In this document: one piece after another, positions 47,266-58,952 of the stretch | Layout of the letters: every line of letters begins with the position of its first letter | How positions within the stretch are numbered: position 1 is the stretch's first letter | Assembly: GCF_011386835.1 (NCBI RefSeq) | Contig: NC_088792.1 | Span: 7,812,001 to 7,876,000 of the forward strand | Direction of reading: 5' to 3' | DNA from: Chrysemys picta bellii | Lineage: Eukaryota | Length of the DNA stretch: 64,000 bases | Position numbers and translations under genes: made by a program | Notes under the pieces: model-generated | Database searches by the model: none | Told to the model about the DNA's origin: nothing | What the model saw: the letters and a program-made list of their open reading frames with translations, nothing else

Positions 47266-47956
47266 CTGGGTGGCTAGTGGGTTTAGAAACAAAACATAAG
47301 AGACTCTATACTAGCTCCAATCCAGCTGAGGATGAGAGTGACCCAGTCGTGTTACCATCTGCCTAGTTGGCTGAGAGCCTGAGTGAAACCAGGTGGGTTT
47401 CAATCCCAGGGCTGGTCTACACTCGGGGCTGGGGGATTGATCTAAGATACGCAACTTCAGCTACGAGAATAGCATAGCTGAAGTCAACGTATCTTAGATC
47501 GACTTACCTCGCATCCTCACGGCGTGGGGTCCATGGCCGCGGCTCTCCCATCGACTCCGCTTCCGCCTCTCGCCCTGGTGGAGTTCCGGAGTCGACGGGG
47601 AGTGCGTTCGGAGATCGATTATCGTGTCTAGACGAGACGCGATAAATCAATCCCTGATAGATCGATTACTACCCGCCGATCCGGCGGGTAGTGAAGACGT
47701 ACCCCGAGTTCCTAGTGAACAGGTGTCAGTATGACACTCTAGTACCCTTATTGGCAGTCTCCATTGAGAGGTTAAGGACTGGACTACCCCCCTTAGAGGA
47801 GCGTCCAAGTTCAAGGCTTAGATTTGGGGTTCCAGTTGTCTAGGCCCATCTACGCTTGTCGCTGTAAGTGGTGTCTCGTAGGGCAGGCTTGATGCATGCT
47901 GTTAGGGAAGCTTGCACCAGTGTTACTCTGCTGCCAGGAAACTGAAGTCCTCTAGG
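47266..47956 (+). mobile_element. Probable LF-SINE relic, interrupted by a MITE
   Basis: Blocks gtgacc..ttaccatctg, agttcctagtgaacaggtgtc, acccttattggcagtctc, gagaggttaaggactg, ggaagcttgcac appear in the order of the recalled LF-SINE consensus. Confidence 0.7.
47409..47704 (+). mobile_element. PIF/Harbinger-type MITE inside the LF-SINE
   Basis: TIR gggctggtctacact/agtgaagacgtaccc; flanks cca/cga. Confidence 0.85.
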
Positions 47957-48033
47957 ACTAAGCAAGGGCAACCGCAAGAGAAATAGGTAGTGTCTGCTGG
48001 TCTAAAAGATGATGCTGTCCATTCTCTCTCTAG

Positions 48034-48192
48034 GTATGGAAATGAGATGGTTTACAAAGGATACTTTAACGATAATCTGCGTCAAGGATTTGGCATCCTG
48101 GAAAACCCTTCAGCGGAGCAGCCATTTAAGTACACAGGGCAGTGGGATAATGACAAGAAGAATGGATATGGAGTCTGGGATGACAAGGACAG
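48034..48192 (+). CDS. ALS2CL: ALS2CL coding exon 12 (MORN)
   Basis: ctctctag|G; YGNEMVYKGYFNDNLRQGFGILE...YTGQWDNDKKNGYGVWDDKD; AG|gtaatg; 159 nt. Confidence 0.96.
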
Positions 48193-50122
48193 GTAATGTT
48201 ATGGAAGGGAGCTCTGCAAATGTTCACAACACCTGGGTTTTCAGCATTCCTTGGTCTGAAGCATATTCGACTTGAACTTGAGATGGACAAAGTTTATGCT
48301 AAGTTTGAGTTGTGCTGAGGGATGGAAATTCTGTTTCACAAAGGATTTTAAAATTGGGTTTCATTCCAATTTAGAACAAACCCCCAACACTTTGAAATTC
48401 TCCATGCAAGAAACATTTTAGAAAACCCTAATTTTGGGTCGACTGAAACACTTCCTTTTGATTTCAACCTTATTTCTGTTTGAAAACGGAAGTTTTCCAA
48501 ACCCATTTTTTTTCAAAGCAAAAAATTGAAACCCTTCATTTGAAAATCCTGAATTGGGATGTGGAGATGGTTGGAACTCTTTCTAGCTGTTCTCCAAAAT
48601 GAAAATTGACACAAGTTTGCAAGGTGACCTAGATTTTGATGGAACTGCACTTTCCAACAGATAAAAGGTTCCATCAAAGTTCAGTCTCTAACGGTAACAC
48701 CTGAGATGACCTGATATGGATGTGGGTGTGCTGACCCATCTGACTGGCATCATTACATTGTTCCAAGGCAGAATATCAAGTTTAGAACCATGAGTGCCCC
48801 TTGCAGCAAAATCCCTTGCAGCAATAGCAGTCTGAGTTGCAATGACGTCAGGACCCCTAATGTTCTGCTAGTTGTGTGCAGGATGGCTGTAGAAAGAGTG
48901 GGATGGGTGGCGGCCCCTTGCGTGCATGACTCTTCCGGCAAATGGAAATGTATATCTGCTTTGTGGCTGGATGGCTGTTAAGTACGTTACTGATGTAGGG
49001 TCAAAGAACATTGAAAAGAAACCTTGTTAAATCAAGAGTACGTGGCTTGAACTTGAAGCTTTGATCAACAAAAGATCTCCCTGGCTTTCCAAAGGCTTCC
49101 TGTACAATCACTGACCTGCTGACAAGGGTTTATGGAGGAAATCTGTAGCATGTCGCCAAGATGGGAGGACTTACCATGTGTGGACAGCTCTAGCTTGCTG
49201 GTCTATGTCCTGTCCCTCAGTCCACTATGGGCTTGTAAGCAGGTGTTCTCTGGGGACACTCGGATCTAGTCTTTGGGGGAAGGTGTTCAGGGGGTTTGAC
49301 TATGCCACGATCATGGTCCAATCAACACTTCCTCCAGGTTAAGGTTGGTCCCTGCTGCCTTCCTACCAAGGCGTAAGACTTAGAGACGCCTCATTGAGAG
49401 CAGATCATCCTCTCTGGGTACCAGAGCTTTCTGGAAGATTCTACCTTGTCTCTGGGCTGGGTGCGGTTAACCGGGAGGGAATATCAAAATTCTTACCAAT
49501 GCCTTTGACCCATAGATAACCCTTCCTTTTGCCACAGTCTGCACAGAACTATGTGACAGCTGGGGAGAAGCCTGGAAGACAAACAACTCCATTGGCTGCA
49601 TCGCAGAAAATATATGCCCTAGTGGACGTTCAGGCCTTATCTATGCTAGAATTTTAGGCGTGCTTTTCTGCTGTCAAGTAGAGGCTTGAAACAGGGGAAA
49701 GCACCACCAGAGTAAATAATATGGGATGTAGGGAGGAGGCTTTCACCTGTGCAGCTACACTGATGGGTGATATCTGGGCTAACATCAACGGGGGGGCGGG
49801 GAAAAGGTCTGACATGTATGAGATGCAGAGACCTGACCGGTGGCACCACTCTGGATAGCGGGTCATCAGAACCACCCAGCCTTTCCCAACTTACAAAATC
49901 TATCTCTAACTCACACACTTAAACACCCGTCCAAAGTGAATGTTCAAACAATCCCTGACGTCTTTCAGAAGCTGCCCACAGCATGAGGATCAAACTCACC
50001 CCAGCTGTAAGCAAGCACCTTCTTTCACCTGCTGTGAAGCTGGCTTATTGTCTTAGTTCTCAATGGCCTTGTGCAAAGTTCTCCAGTGATGGTGTATGAG
50101 GGCCTCCTATCTTGTGTTCCAG

Positions 50123-50234
50123 AGGGGAGAGGTACATTGGGATATGGCAAGATGACCACAGGCATGGACAAGGCATTGTGGTGACCCAGTCAGGCGTGTG
50201 CTACCAAAGAAAGTTTCATGTGGATAAAATGGTG
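50123..50234 (+). CDS. ALS2CL: ALS2CL coding exon 13 (MORN)
   Basis: gttccag|A; GERYIGIWQDDHRHGQGIVVTQSGVCYQRKFHVDKMV; |gtgagt; 112 nt. Confidence 0.96.
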
Positions 50235-51249
50235 GTGAGTAAATAACTTTTCCTGTGGATACTTTAGCCAATAGACCACGGAATCCCTTATCAAGGGTAT
50301 GAGGAAAAGATGAGAACACACTTTTTTATTAAAGTAAGAATCTTTCAGGTGTGTAGGAGGCAACATACATATATGTATTATGGCAGTCCCTGTGTTAGGA
50401 GACCCCACCATGAAACTGGGCCCCATTATTCTAAGTGCTGTACAGGCTTGTAACAACCTGTAAACTCCTCAGGGTGCAGGCAAAGTAACCATTAACACGT
50501 GGAAGCTGTTGCCACAAGGTTGTCTGTAGAGGCCAAGCATTTAGTAATACTAATAAAAGGATTATCCACTTGTATAGATAATGAGAACCCAGTGTCACTA
50601 GCAAATGACTAGAGAGGGACAGAAAAAAGAACTGTCTTAACATATAGCAATTTAATCCTGAGTCAGTACAAAGTCAAAAACGTGACCCTTTTTCCTGAGA
50701 ACTGAAAGGGAATTTGTTCCTGGATGCCAACCTGGAAGATGCTAGAAAGTGAAATTGACAAGACCTATTAGATGGGCACCTCACTTTTCTCTCAGAAACA
50801 TTTAATTTTGCAAACAGAGTATTTTCCACAGGGAAATCCTTCTGCTGGCAGATTCCCAACCAACTCTAAAAACGACCTCTTGTGTACACGTCCGTCCTTC
50901 CTTCCTTTCGGTTTCAGGGCCTAAACAAACAGTGACGGAAGTCATGAAGCAACTTCCCCATGGGCACAGTATTCTGTGTTTGGCCACTCCAGAGTTTCTT
51001 GTTGCTTCCTCCGAAGCATGCACTGCTGTAACCTTTGGATTTCGTAGATGCCGACACCAGCCTTTAATGGGTATGGGGATATGTAGTGGAGTCATACGTG
51101 TTACGTTACTGGCCATGGTCAGAGAAGGGCTACTGAACTAGGACTACTGGCTTGATCTGTGTGGTAATTCCTTGGTTCCTATTGTACCACTGGCCACTTA
51201 AGTCAGATGCTTGGGATAGGAAATCAGTCTCTAACCAGTATTCCTGTAT

Positions 51250-51417
51250 GAAGGATAGCTCAGTGGTTTGAGCATTGGCCTGCTAAACCCAGGGTTGTGA
51301 GTTCAATCCTTGAGGGGGCCATTTAGGGATTTGGGGCAAAAATCTGTCTGGGGATTGATCCTGCCTTGAGCAGGGGGTTGGACTAGATGTCCTGAGGTCC
51401 CCGACATTCTGTGATTA
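51250..51417 (+). mobile_element. Tortoise-type Pol III/SINE
   Basis: A box tagctcagtgg, B box gagttcaatcc and a CR1-like tail; 84 of 89 nt identical to the reverse complement of 43419-43507. Confidence 0.9.
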
Positions 51418-51630
51418 CACCCACTTCCTTGCGAAAAAAAACTCCTTTCCCACCTAGTGCCTGATAGCTTATGTTAATACACGATCTTCCTCCCCACTAT
51501 AACGTGCCATACACACTGCACCCCACAAATGGCATATGTCAGTGTGCCCATGTGTTGGACAAAATGCAATAACTTAACAGAAGCCAATGTGTCTCATTCC
51601 CCACTCAATGTCTGTTCTTTTATCGCCTAG

Positions 51631-51708
51631 GGTTCTGGGATTCTCCTCTTAGAAAATGACTCTGTTTATGAAGGCAACTTCACAAGAGATCTGACATTTG
51701 TTGGAAAG
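51631..51708 (+). CDS. ALS2CL: ALS2CL coding exon 14 (MORN)
   Basis: tcgcctag|; GSGILLLENDSVYEGNFTRDLTFVGK; |gtgagc; 78 nt. Confidence 0.96.
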
Positions 51709-52342
51709 GTGAGCTACTTGCCTACCCTGCTGTGTTACTGCTAACTTTCAAGAAAGCTGGCACGCCTGTCCATCAACGTTCATACCTTTTTTCCTATTAG
51801 TTACAGCTCCTTTTATCACACTAGAAACTTTACAACAAAGGGTTAGCATGGTCCCATGTTTTCTGTGATTCTGCAGCTGCAGAATCAGATGCAACCTTTG
51901 TTTTTTAAGTTTCTAACCCTCATGGTGGCTTAGAGAACCCCACAAACTGGAACAGTGCAAACACAATGCTTTGGAACCGGCATCTGCACTAGCCTACAAC
52001 AATAGCTCAGAGGTGTGAGCAGCCCCATTTGTTTCAACTGCTTCACTTTGAAACATGAAGATGACCATTTAAATCAACACGTTAAAGCATTTCACTGATG
52101 AGCATGAACAAATATACAGCTAAGGCGCTTCTCCATAATCCTCCAGCTTGTTACAAAAATCCGTGCCAGGTCACACGAGGAATGTGAGGGTAGTATCACC
52201 GTGACTTTAATATAGTGACTTACAATCCATGTCGTGGTGCTCAATAACGCATGCTAAGCATGGATCTTTGTCTCCTTCTAGTGGCTAGTCCACAAGAGGT
52301 TGACGGGTCTGCCACATCTTACAGCTAGCGTACTAGGGTTGA

Positions 52343-52364
52343 GTATCAGAGGGGTAGCCGTGTT
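52343..52364 (-). mobile_element. Ultra-short PLE terminal fragment
   Basis: gtatcagaggggtagccgtgtt, nearly the same as the terminus at 8583; 7-bp direct repeat gttgagt. Confidence 0.6.
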
Positions 52365-53162
52365 GAGTTTGCCTAAGTCCAACTAAAGCACTTAGACACA
52401 ACTACCACTGAAATTAATGTTGGGTTTGAAAAGGTCCTTACTTGGGATCAAGCAGGCCTTGATCCCTGGTTCACATCCTAAGAAGGGCTGGCTCTACTGA
52501 ATTACTTAGTTGCTGAGCTCATTAAACCTCCTAGCCTGAATCAAGCTACCACAGAATTTCCCATCTGCCACCCCAGAGTGCTGCAGAATCCAGAGACCTT
52601 GTCTCACAGAACAGCGCTTACCTGGGTACTAAAAAGCACTCAAAAGGGATCCATTCTTGCAAGCTTTCCAGGCGCACATTTTCCTGTGCTCACCTCACTA
52701 CACCAATGATGCCAAGCCCGCTGGTGCCTTAAGGAACAGGGGAGAAACTAAACCAGAATTAGACTTCCAGATTGTATATTCACTGTATCTTGGCGATTTG
52801 AGCCATCTCTCTAGGTTTAGGCCAGGAACTTCAGGGCAATGACTAATACCTAGTCCTACTTGTCGTATTGGACCCATGCATTTCTAGCTGGATGTCCATA
52901 TCCAGAGTCCTATCAGTATGGGCCGTGTCACTCGAGTCAAATGGACTTCTGTCTCTTGGCTCCTGGGATCTCCTGTCTTCGTGACGTTCTCTGGCATTGG
53001 GAGTGCTTTCAATGTATAGCCCTTCTAGTGGAAATAACCTTCTTAGACTTCCTTTTAGGGATCGTTCCTGCTTGTGGGCTTCACGAGAGGGGGGTTGGAA
53101 CCTTATCCAACCTCCTGCCAAGCGAGAGCTCAATAGAATAACCCCATTATTTTTTGTTTCAG

Positions 53163-53290
53163 GGAAAGCTGACCTTTTCCAATGGCTTCACTCTGGAGGG
53201 CACCTTTAGTAACAAATCAGGCCAAGGGCTTCAGACGCAAGGAATCCTGAACACTTCCAGCGACCAGCAAGATGCCTCCATAACCAAAGT
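53163..53290 (+). CDS. ALS2CL: ALS2CL coding exon 15 (last MORN and linker)
   Basis: tgtttcag|; GKLTFSNGFTLEGTFSNKSGQGLQTQGILNTSSDQQDASITK; GT|gtgagt; 128 nt. Confidence 0.94.
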
Positions 53291-53629
53291 GTGAGTGGCC
53301 GTAAATAACTCTGATTTGTATTCCATTAGCACCGACTGAATCCCCACGGTGCTAGGCTCTGTACATCTAAATAAGACCGCCCTTACCCTGGAGAGTGGAG
53401 TCTAAATAAGCAAGGATGGCCAAAGGAGAAAGAGAACCCTCCCCCACTTTTACAGATGAGGCTCTGATGTGCAGATGAATGACTTTCCTAAAGCCACCTA
53501 CAGAGCCTGAGGGAGATTTGATCCCAGAATTTGATCCCATCTTGAGTCCAAGCCAGTGCCTTAAGAACAAGGGCATCCTTTCCTCAAAGTCTTGAGGGTT
53601 TTTCGAGGCGCAATTTCTAGCCGTACATC

Positions 53630-53826
53630 CCATTAGGAAAAGCCTGCTACCTAGAAGGATTCTGAAGCACTGGAGCAGGTTGCCTGGGGAGGCTGTGGTA
53701 TCTCTGTCACTGAAGGTTTTTAAGAACATGTTCAACACCTGGCAGGAATGGCCTAAGTATACTTGGTCTTGGAGTAGATGAGGTCTGGAGGGTCCCTTCC
53801 CCCCACCCCTACATTTCTATGATTCA
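53630..53826 (+). mobile_element. CR1 3' fragment (decayed)
   Basis: gaagcactggagcaggttgcctggggaggctgtgg...ggtcccttcc...ttctatgattc. Confidence 0.8.
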
Positions 53827-54872
53827 CAAAAAAGGGGGAAGGAGGTCCAATATTTGACCCACTCCCTGCCCCCTTCTTGATACTCATGCTTGCAGTGTAC
53901 TGCCAGATGTGGCGGGGAGTTAGAAGGGACAGTGATCCGAGGACAGAGCGACAGCATGTGAATTGCTTAGCAGGGCATGGTTGGCTCGAATTAGGAAGCA
54001 CTGTGGGTAGGCTGAAATATCTTACTGGGTGGTCAGAGCTCTATTTTCCTACGCAGCGGTCGCTCCCTGACAGGTGACCACATGAAAGCAGACGGTAATT
54101 CTGACTTGAACCCAATGGGCGGATTCCTACAGCACCTGTTGCAAGGCCCCCAGCAGCAGAGCCCTCTGTAGAAGGGTGTGAGATGCTCACAACTTCCCTC
54201 TCCACCAGGGAGACCCATATGGAGCCAACTGAGAGTGGCCGAGGCAGCTGGGTGATGCACATTGCAGCAGGGATGTTCTGGATCAGTCTCAGCCACAATG
54301 TTCCCGAGTTGACCTCTCTTGATACAACCCAGGAATTAAGGCAGCAGTTGGAATGCTGCCAGCCTTCCCCTGAGATGAATTCCTGGACATGCAGCCCAGC
54401 CACACCATTTCCTTCTCCCCAGGAGGTTTCCTCTCCACTTCTGGCTGGTTCCTCCACGCCGCAAGAGCCAATCCTGTTTCCTCTGCTTGTATAGCAGCAG
54501 CTACCAGCAGAGGTAGTTGGCCTGGCTCTGTCACCAGCTGCTTCGTGAGGCTCTTAAGCAAAGAGCCTCTGTATCTGCAGAAGCAGCTGTAAGCAAGACG
54601 GAGAGTGCACAATGTGTGCCTAGTCTACCCTAGACCACCAATAGTCCATGTGCCAAGCTTTGGGACCCCCTGGCCAAATGCATCTCATTGCCAGCAAAAT
54701 AAATCAAAGTTGACCCCTGCTGAACTTTGCTCCTTGTTACATGCCCCAGTGGTGTTTGTGCTAGTGGCTGGGGCGGGAGAAACTGTGTTCACGAGATGAT
54801 TAGAAGGGGCGGTCGGTGGCAATGTAGGGAGTGGTGACGGAAGCAAGGCGTAACTTCATCTTTGTTGTGCAG

Positions 54873-55046
54873 TCAGCTGGGTCTTGATGAGTTCCCGGTG
54901 GAGAAGAGATGGCAGGGTATCTACGACCAGTTTCTGGGATTCCTCCACTCTGGCTGCAAAGAAGAAATGGAGGAGTCCTTCACCGGGTTCCATATACAGA
55001 CAAGCAAGGAGCTGCGCAAGTCTCAGGAGTACCTCTTCTGCCAAAG
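54873..55046 (+). CDS. ALS2CL: ALS2CL coding exon 16
   Basis: ttgtgcag|T; QLGLDEFPVEKRWQGIYDQFLGFLHSGCKEEMEESFTGFHIQTSKELRKSQEYLFCQ; AG|gtgaca; 174 nt. Confidence 0.95.
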
Positions 55047-55644
55047 GTGACAACTGGCTTGTCCCGGTGCAGTGGGCTAGTGTGTTCAATTTTGGGGTTC
55101 AAGTCTTGACCTCGGGTTGTCCAGTCACTCCTGCGAGCCTGTCTACGGGTGGCATTGCCTCGCCGGGGCAGGTGTGTTCCGTCAGGCTAGAACCTGACAC
55201 TTCCTCATGATTACTGTGCAGCGTATACTGTCCAACGCCGGTGTTCACCAAACACAACGGTGCTTCTCGGGGGAGAGAATTCAAGAGATTCAGCTGGTCA
55301 AGCTTCTCTTATACCCTGATTGATATGGTATTGGGAGGGATCTCCGTGTCTCATTGGCTGGTTTAAGCCCCCTAAGAATGACTTGGCCATTAAATGATGC
55401 TTCAGAGGGAGTGGGAAAGGTGGAAAAATAACTCCATATAAATGAAGTAATTTGGGGAGAGAGTCATTGAGAGAGACCATGAACACACAGGGTGGGGAGT
55501 TGACTCTCCTCTGCCTTGTGAATCTGTTCATCCTGTGCCAAGGGTAACACATGATTACACACAGCGCAAGGTAGGTGGCAGTTAGGCCCAAGGGCTGAAC
55601 AACAACTCCTCCGTCACCCTTGTACTTGTTTTCCTCCCTCGCAG

Positions 55645-55738
55645 GGGGCCCGAGGATGTCTCTGGGAAGATGGAGGATGTCCTTGAAGAACTAGTTCAGC
55701 ATCAGGAGCCAGAGTCGCTCCAGTGTTATTTACAAAAG
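55645..55738 (+). CDS. ALS2CL: ALS2CL coding exon 17
   Basis: cctcgcag|G; GPEDVSGKMEDVLEELVQHQEPESLQCYLQK; |gtaccc; 94 nt. Confidence 0.94.
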
Positions 55739-55987
55739 GTACCCCTCAAAATGCACTGTGCGCCGAGGCTCTGAAGCACCCAGAAATGGGAGGCGCCCAC
55801 CACACAAAAGGAACATGGTCCCTGTCCAGTAGAACACATCTTCTGTAACTCCCTCTGAAACAACCACTCTTTTTTTCTCCAGTGACTGGGGAAAACCAGG
55901 CACTCTAACCAATCCACAGCCAGTAACCCCCAGAGTTTTCTCTTCCGAGTGCTACGCGAGCTGTGGTGCTGGTGAAGAAAAGGGTTA

Positions 55988-56135
55988 GCTGGGCTGCCTT
56001 GGAGACTGAAGCTTCACCTCTAGCCTCCCAGCACAGGCTGTGGCAATACAAGTCTACTGTTGTGTTGGAAGGACTAGCCCCAAGGGGTAATTCAGTCTCC
56101 TCCATCCCTTGACCTCTGCTGAGAGAGCCTGACCT
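55988..56135 (-). mobile_element. Probable LF-SINE 3' fragment
   Basis: Reverse strand ctctcagcagaggtcaagg...ggagactgaattacccc and cttcagtctccaagg. Confidence 0.5.
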
Positions 56136-56526
56136 TACTTCCCACTGAAGGTCAATGGCAAAATGCTATTTGTATAGTCGTCGTGCCTAGAGGCACCAAT
56201 TGTTACCCTTCAGTGCGAGCAGGATTGGGTCAAGAGAATAGCAGCATTTTCCAATAGGATATTGACCTAAACAATATCCTGCCTAGCCACCATAAGGCCC
56301 TGGCTAGAGGTTGAGCTGGGTGGCTCTCCATCCGCAGGGAGGCTACGTCCCTTTGGGATTTGCCCGGATATGGACCAAGGCCCACCGGCTCATCTTCCCT
56401 CGGCTGAACTGGCTCACTGGCTAATCTACGGCTTGGTTTTGAAGGCCCTCTCCTGCCAGGCGGAAGGGAGGACTCACCCTGGCAATCCATCCCTTAAATG
56501 CAGAACTTTCCTCCACTGTCTTGCAG

Positions 56527-56684
56527 GCTTTTAAGTCTTCCCTGCACCCACTAGGAAAGCTGTTGAAGGCCCTGACGTTCGCTTTTCAGGCTACATACTC
56601 TGGGATCGGAGCAAACAAGCACCTACTGAACATGGCCCAAGAGGAGGTCAAGTACTATGCCAAGAAAATATGGGAGCTTTACCA
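56527..56684 (+). CDS. ALS2CL: ALS2CL coding exon 18
   Basis: cttgcag|; AFKSSLHPLGKLLKALTFAFQATYSGIGANKHLLNMAQEEVKYYAKKIWELY; CA|gtaagt; 158 nt. Confidence 0.96.
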
Positions 56685-56937
56685 GTAAGTCCAGTGTGTA
56701 ATTGGCTTCCATGCAATCATATGCTAGTGAGGAACACTTGCTAGATAGGCAATCTAATTCATTCTTTGGGGGGCTAGGCCCTGGATTAGTGCATCTAGTA
56801 CTTCTGTGCAATCCAGTTTCTTTCCATCAGAAAGTTTACTTCAGAGGTTTATCTCTTTAGGTGTTCATGCCTATGACTCTCATCACTGTAGTACCTAGGT
56901 AAACATACTCCCTTTTACTCCATATACAATCTTAGTG

Positions 56938-57095
56938 ACCTAGGACTTGCCAGTCTGGATCAGATGCATGGTCCATCTAGACAATTTCTTATCTCTGGCA
57001 GTGACCAGCAACAGATACTTCAGAGGAAGGGGTGAGAAATGCCATAATGGGCAGATGTGGGGTAATCTGCCCCCATGAAGTCTCATGAACTATAG
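56938..57095 (-). mobile_element. CR1 3' UTR fragment
   Basis: gccagtctggatcaga...ggtccatctag...ggcagtgaccag...ttcagagga. Confidence 0.7.
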
Positions 57096-57754
57096 CTGAA
57101 GGAAATCCTATTGTAAAAAATGACTATGGGAAAAACATAGCTCTGTCTTAATCAACCAGTCTGTTTTGTGTATTCAAGGGTGTATCTCTTCACCCTAATG
57201 CCTTCAGAAAAGCGGTTTTGTCTTTTTTTACTCCTGTGCAATTGGCAGAGCCAACACAACTTGCAGAATGGGTTGGATTCTGTTCCTCCTTGTGCATCAA
57301 CAGGCTGGCTTACTAAGATCCAGTCTGTTACGGCTGTGTGAACCCACTGAAAATGGCTGCATGGCCTAACTTCATTTTCAGACCCTTTCTTACTGGTGAT
57401 GGGTGAGGAGGAAGAACCCAGCTTGGCTGGCTGTGTCCAGGGCTGGCCACTCAAAAACCCTCTAACTGTAAATGGAACCGATTTGGCTGAGGAAATATTG
57501 AGACAGAAGTCCCTTGATGCCATTTTTAGTTGCCTTTCAGAATAGAGCTGCACTATTTTGCAATTGACTTGTTAGGCTCACAGGTGAATGGACGAATTGT
57601 CTAGAACAAGAAGCTTTTGGACATCTTATTCCTTGAGTCCATACACTGTCTAGGGAAACACCAGAGCTATTGCTGATCTGAGACGGGAGTGGCAGCCCTA
57701 CAAATGGGATCGCTTTAGACAGCGTTAAAGTGCCTTGGAAAAGCATTAAAGTGG

Positions 57755-58346
57755 AATTGGAAAAGGTTCAGAAAAGGGCAACTAAAACGGTTAGGGTATG
57801 GAACAGCTTCCGTATGAGGAGAGATTAAGAGTGGGACCTTTCAGCTTGGAAAAGAGACAACTAAGGGGGTTATGATAGAGGTCTATACAATCTTGACTGG
57901 TGTGGAGAAAGTGAATAAGGGAAAGGTTATTTACTCCTTCTCGTAACAAGAACTAGGGGACACCCAATGAAGTGAATAGGCAGCAGGTTTAAAACAAACG
58001 TGAGGCAGTACGTCACACAATGCACAGTCAACCTGTGGAGCTTTTTGCCAGGGGATGATGTGAAGGCCAAAAGTATAGTGGGTTCAAAAAACTAGATCAG
58101 TTCATGGAGGTTAGGTCCATCGCTGGCTATTAGTCAAGATGGGCAGGGATGCAACACCATGTTCTGAGTGTCCTAGCCTCTGTTAGCCAGAAGCTGGGAG
58201 TGGACGACAGGGGATGGATCACTCGATGGTTGCTCTCTTCTGTTCGTTCCCTCAGAAGCACTTAGCACTGGCCACTGTCAGAAGACAGGATACTGGGCTA
58301 GATGGACCATTGGTCTGACCCAGTATCGCCATCCTTATGTTATGTT
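57755..58346 (+). mobile_element. CR1 3' fragment
   Basis: ttggaaaaggttcagaaaagggcaactaaa...ctgacccagtatcgccatccttatgttatg. Confidence 0.92.
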
Positions 58347-58743
58347 GCCTCTTCTAGAGACTTAATTCTTTCCCAGCTGGATTCCTTATGGACATTGCTA
58401 GAATGAGTTTCTGTATCACCAATGTAATACATTCCTCTGTTGTGAGCTGGCACTTAAGCCTACAGAGTATCTTCAAGTATTAAACCCTTCGCAGCAGTGG
58501 TTTCTGTGCAAAGTATGGGTGCCCCCAGTCCAGAGATCTAAAATAATTCTCTAGAACAAGTCATTCCATCTTCAATGAAGTATCCACTCATTTTGAATGC
58601 ACTAAGTAAGCTGTTTGCCTCTCCTGTACTGTTACTGTTATAGCTGCCAATTTTGCAGGGGGAGAAGATCTGGCTAATGCTAACTAGTGAATGACTGAGT
58701 TACCCTTGAAAATGAGAAGCTAAATCTTCTACTTGCCTTTCAG

Positions 58744-58812
58744 GGGTTTACTACATCTGGCATTGGAGCAGAAAGGCCAACCGCTGGCAGAGACAGAAGA
58801 TGGAGAGAAAAG
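58744..58812 (+). CDS. ALS2CL: ALS2CL coding exon 19
   Basis: cctttcag|G; GLLHLALEQKGQPLAETEDGEK; AG|gtggct; 69 nt. Confidence 0.92.
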
Positions 58813-58952
58813 GTGGCTGGGATTAATGGTCATTTGGTTATAACGCCATATCTGTTTTACCTCTTCTGAAGAAACATTAGGCATGGAGACCATCCTGTTT
58901 TCTAGCCTTTGGTTGTGGCAATAAATCCACGTAGCTGGTGCAGCCACACCTA

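Noticed and set aside
46000-57600. Intronic ORFs of 88-138 aa (46092-46358, 52843-53141, 54041-54494, 57152-57553) examined as possible endogenous viral or nested genes
   Set aside because: No recognisable viral, retroelement or cellular motifs and no coherent splice pattern. A tblastx/HMM search would be needed to exclude remote homology.
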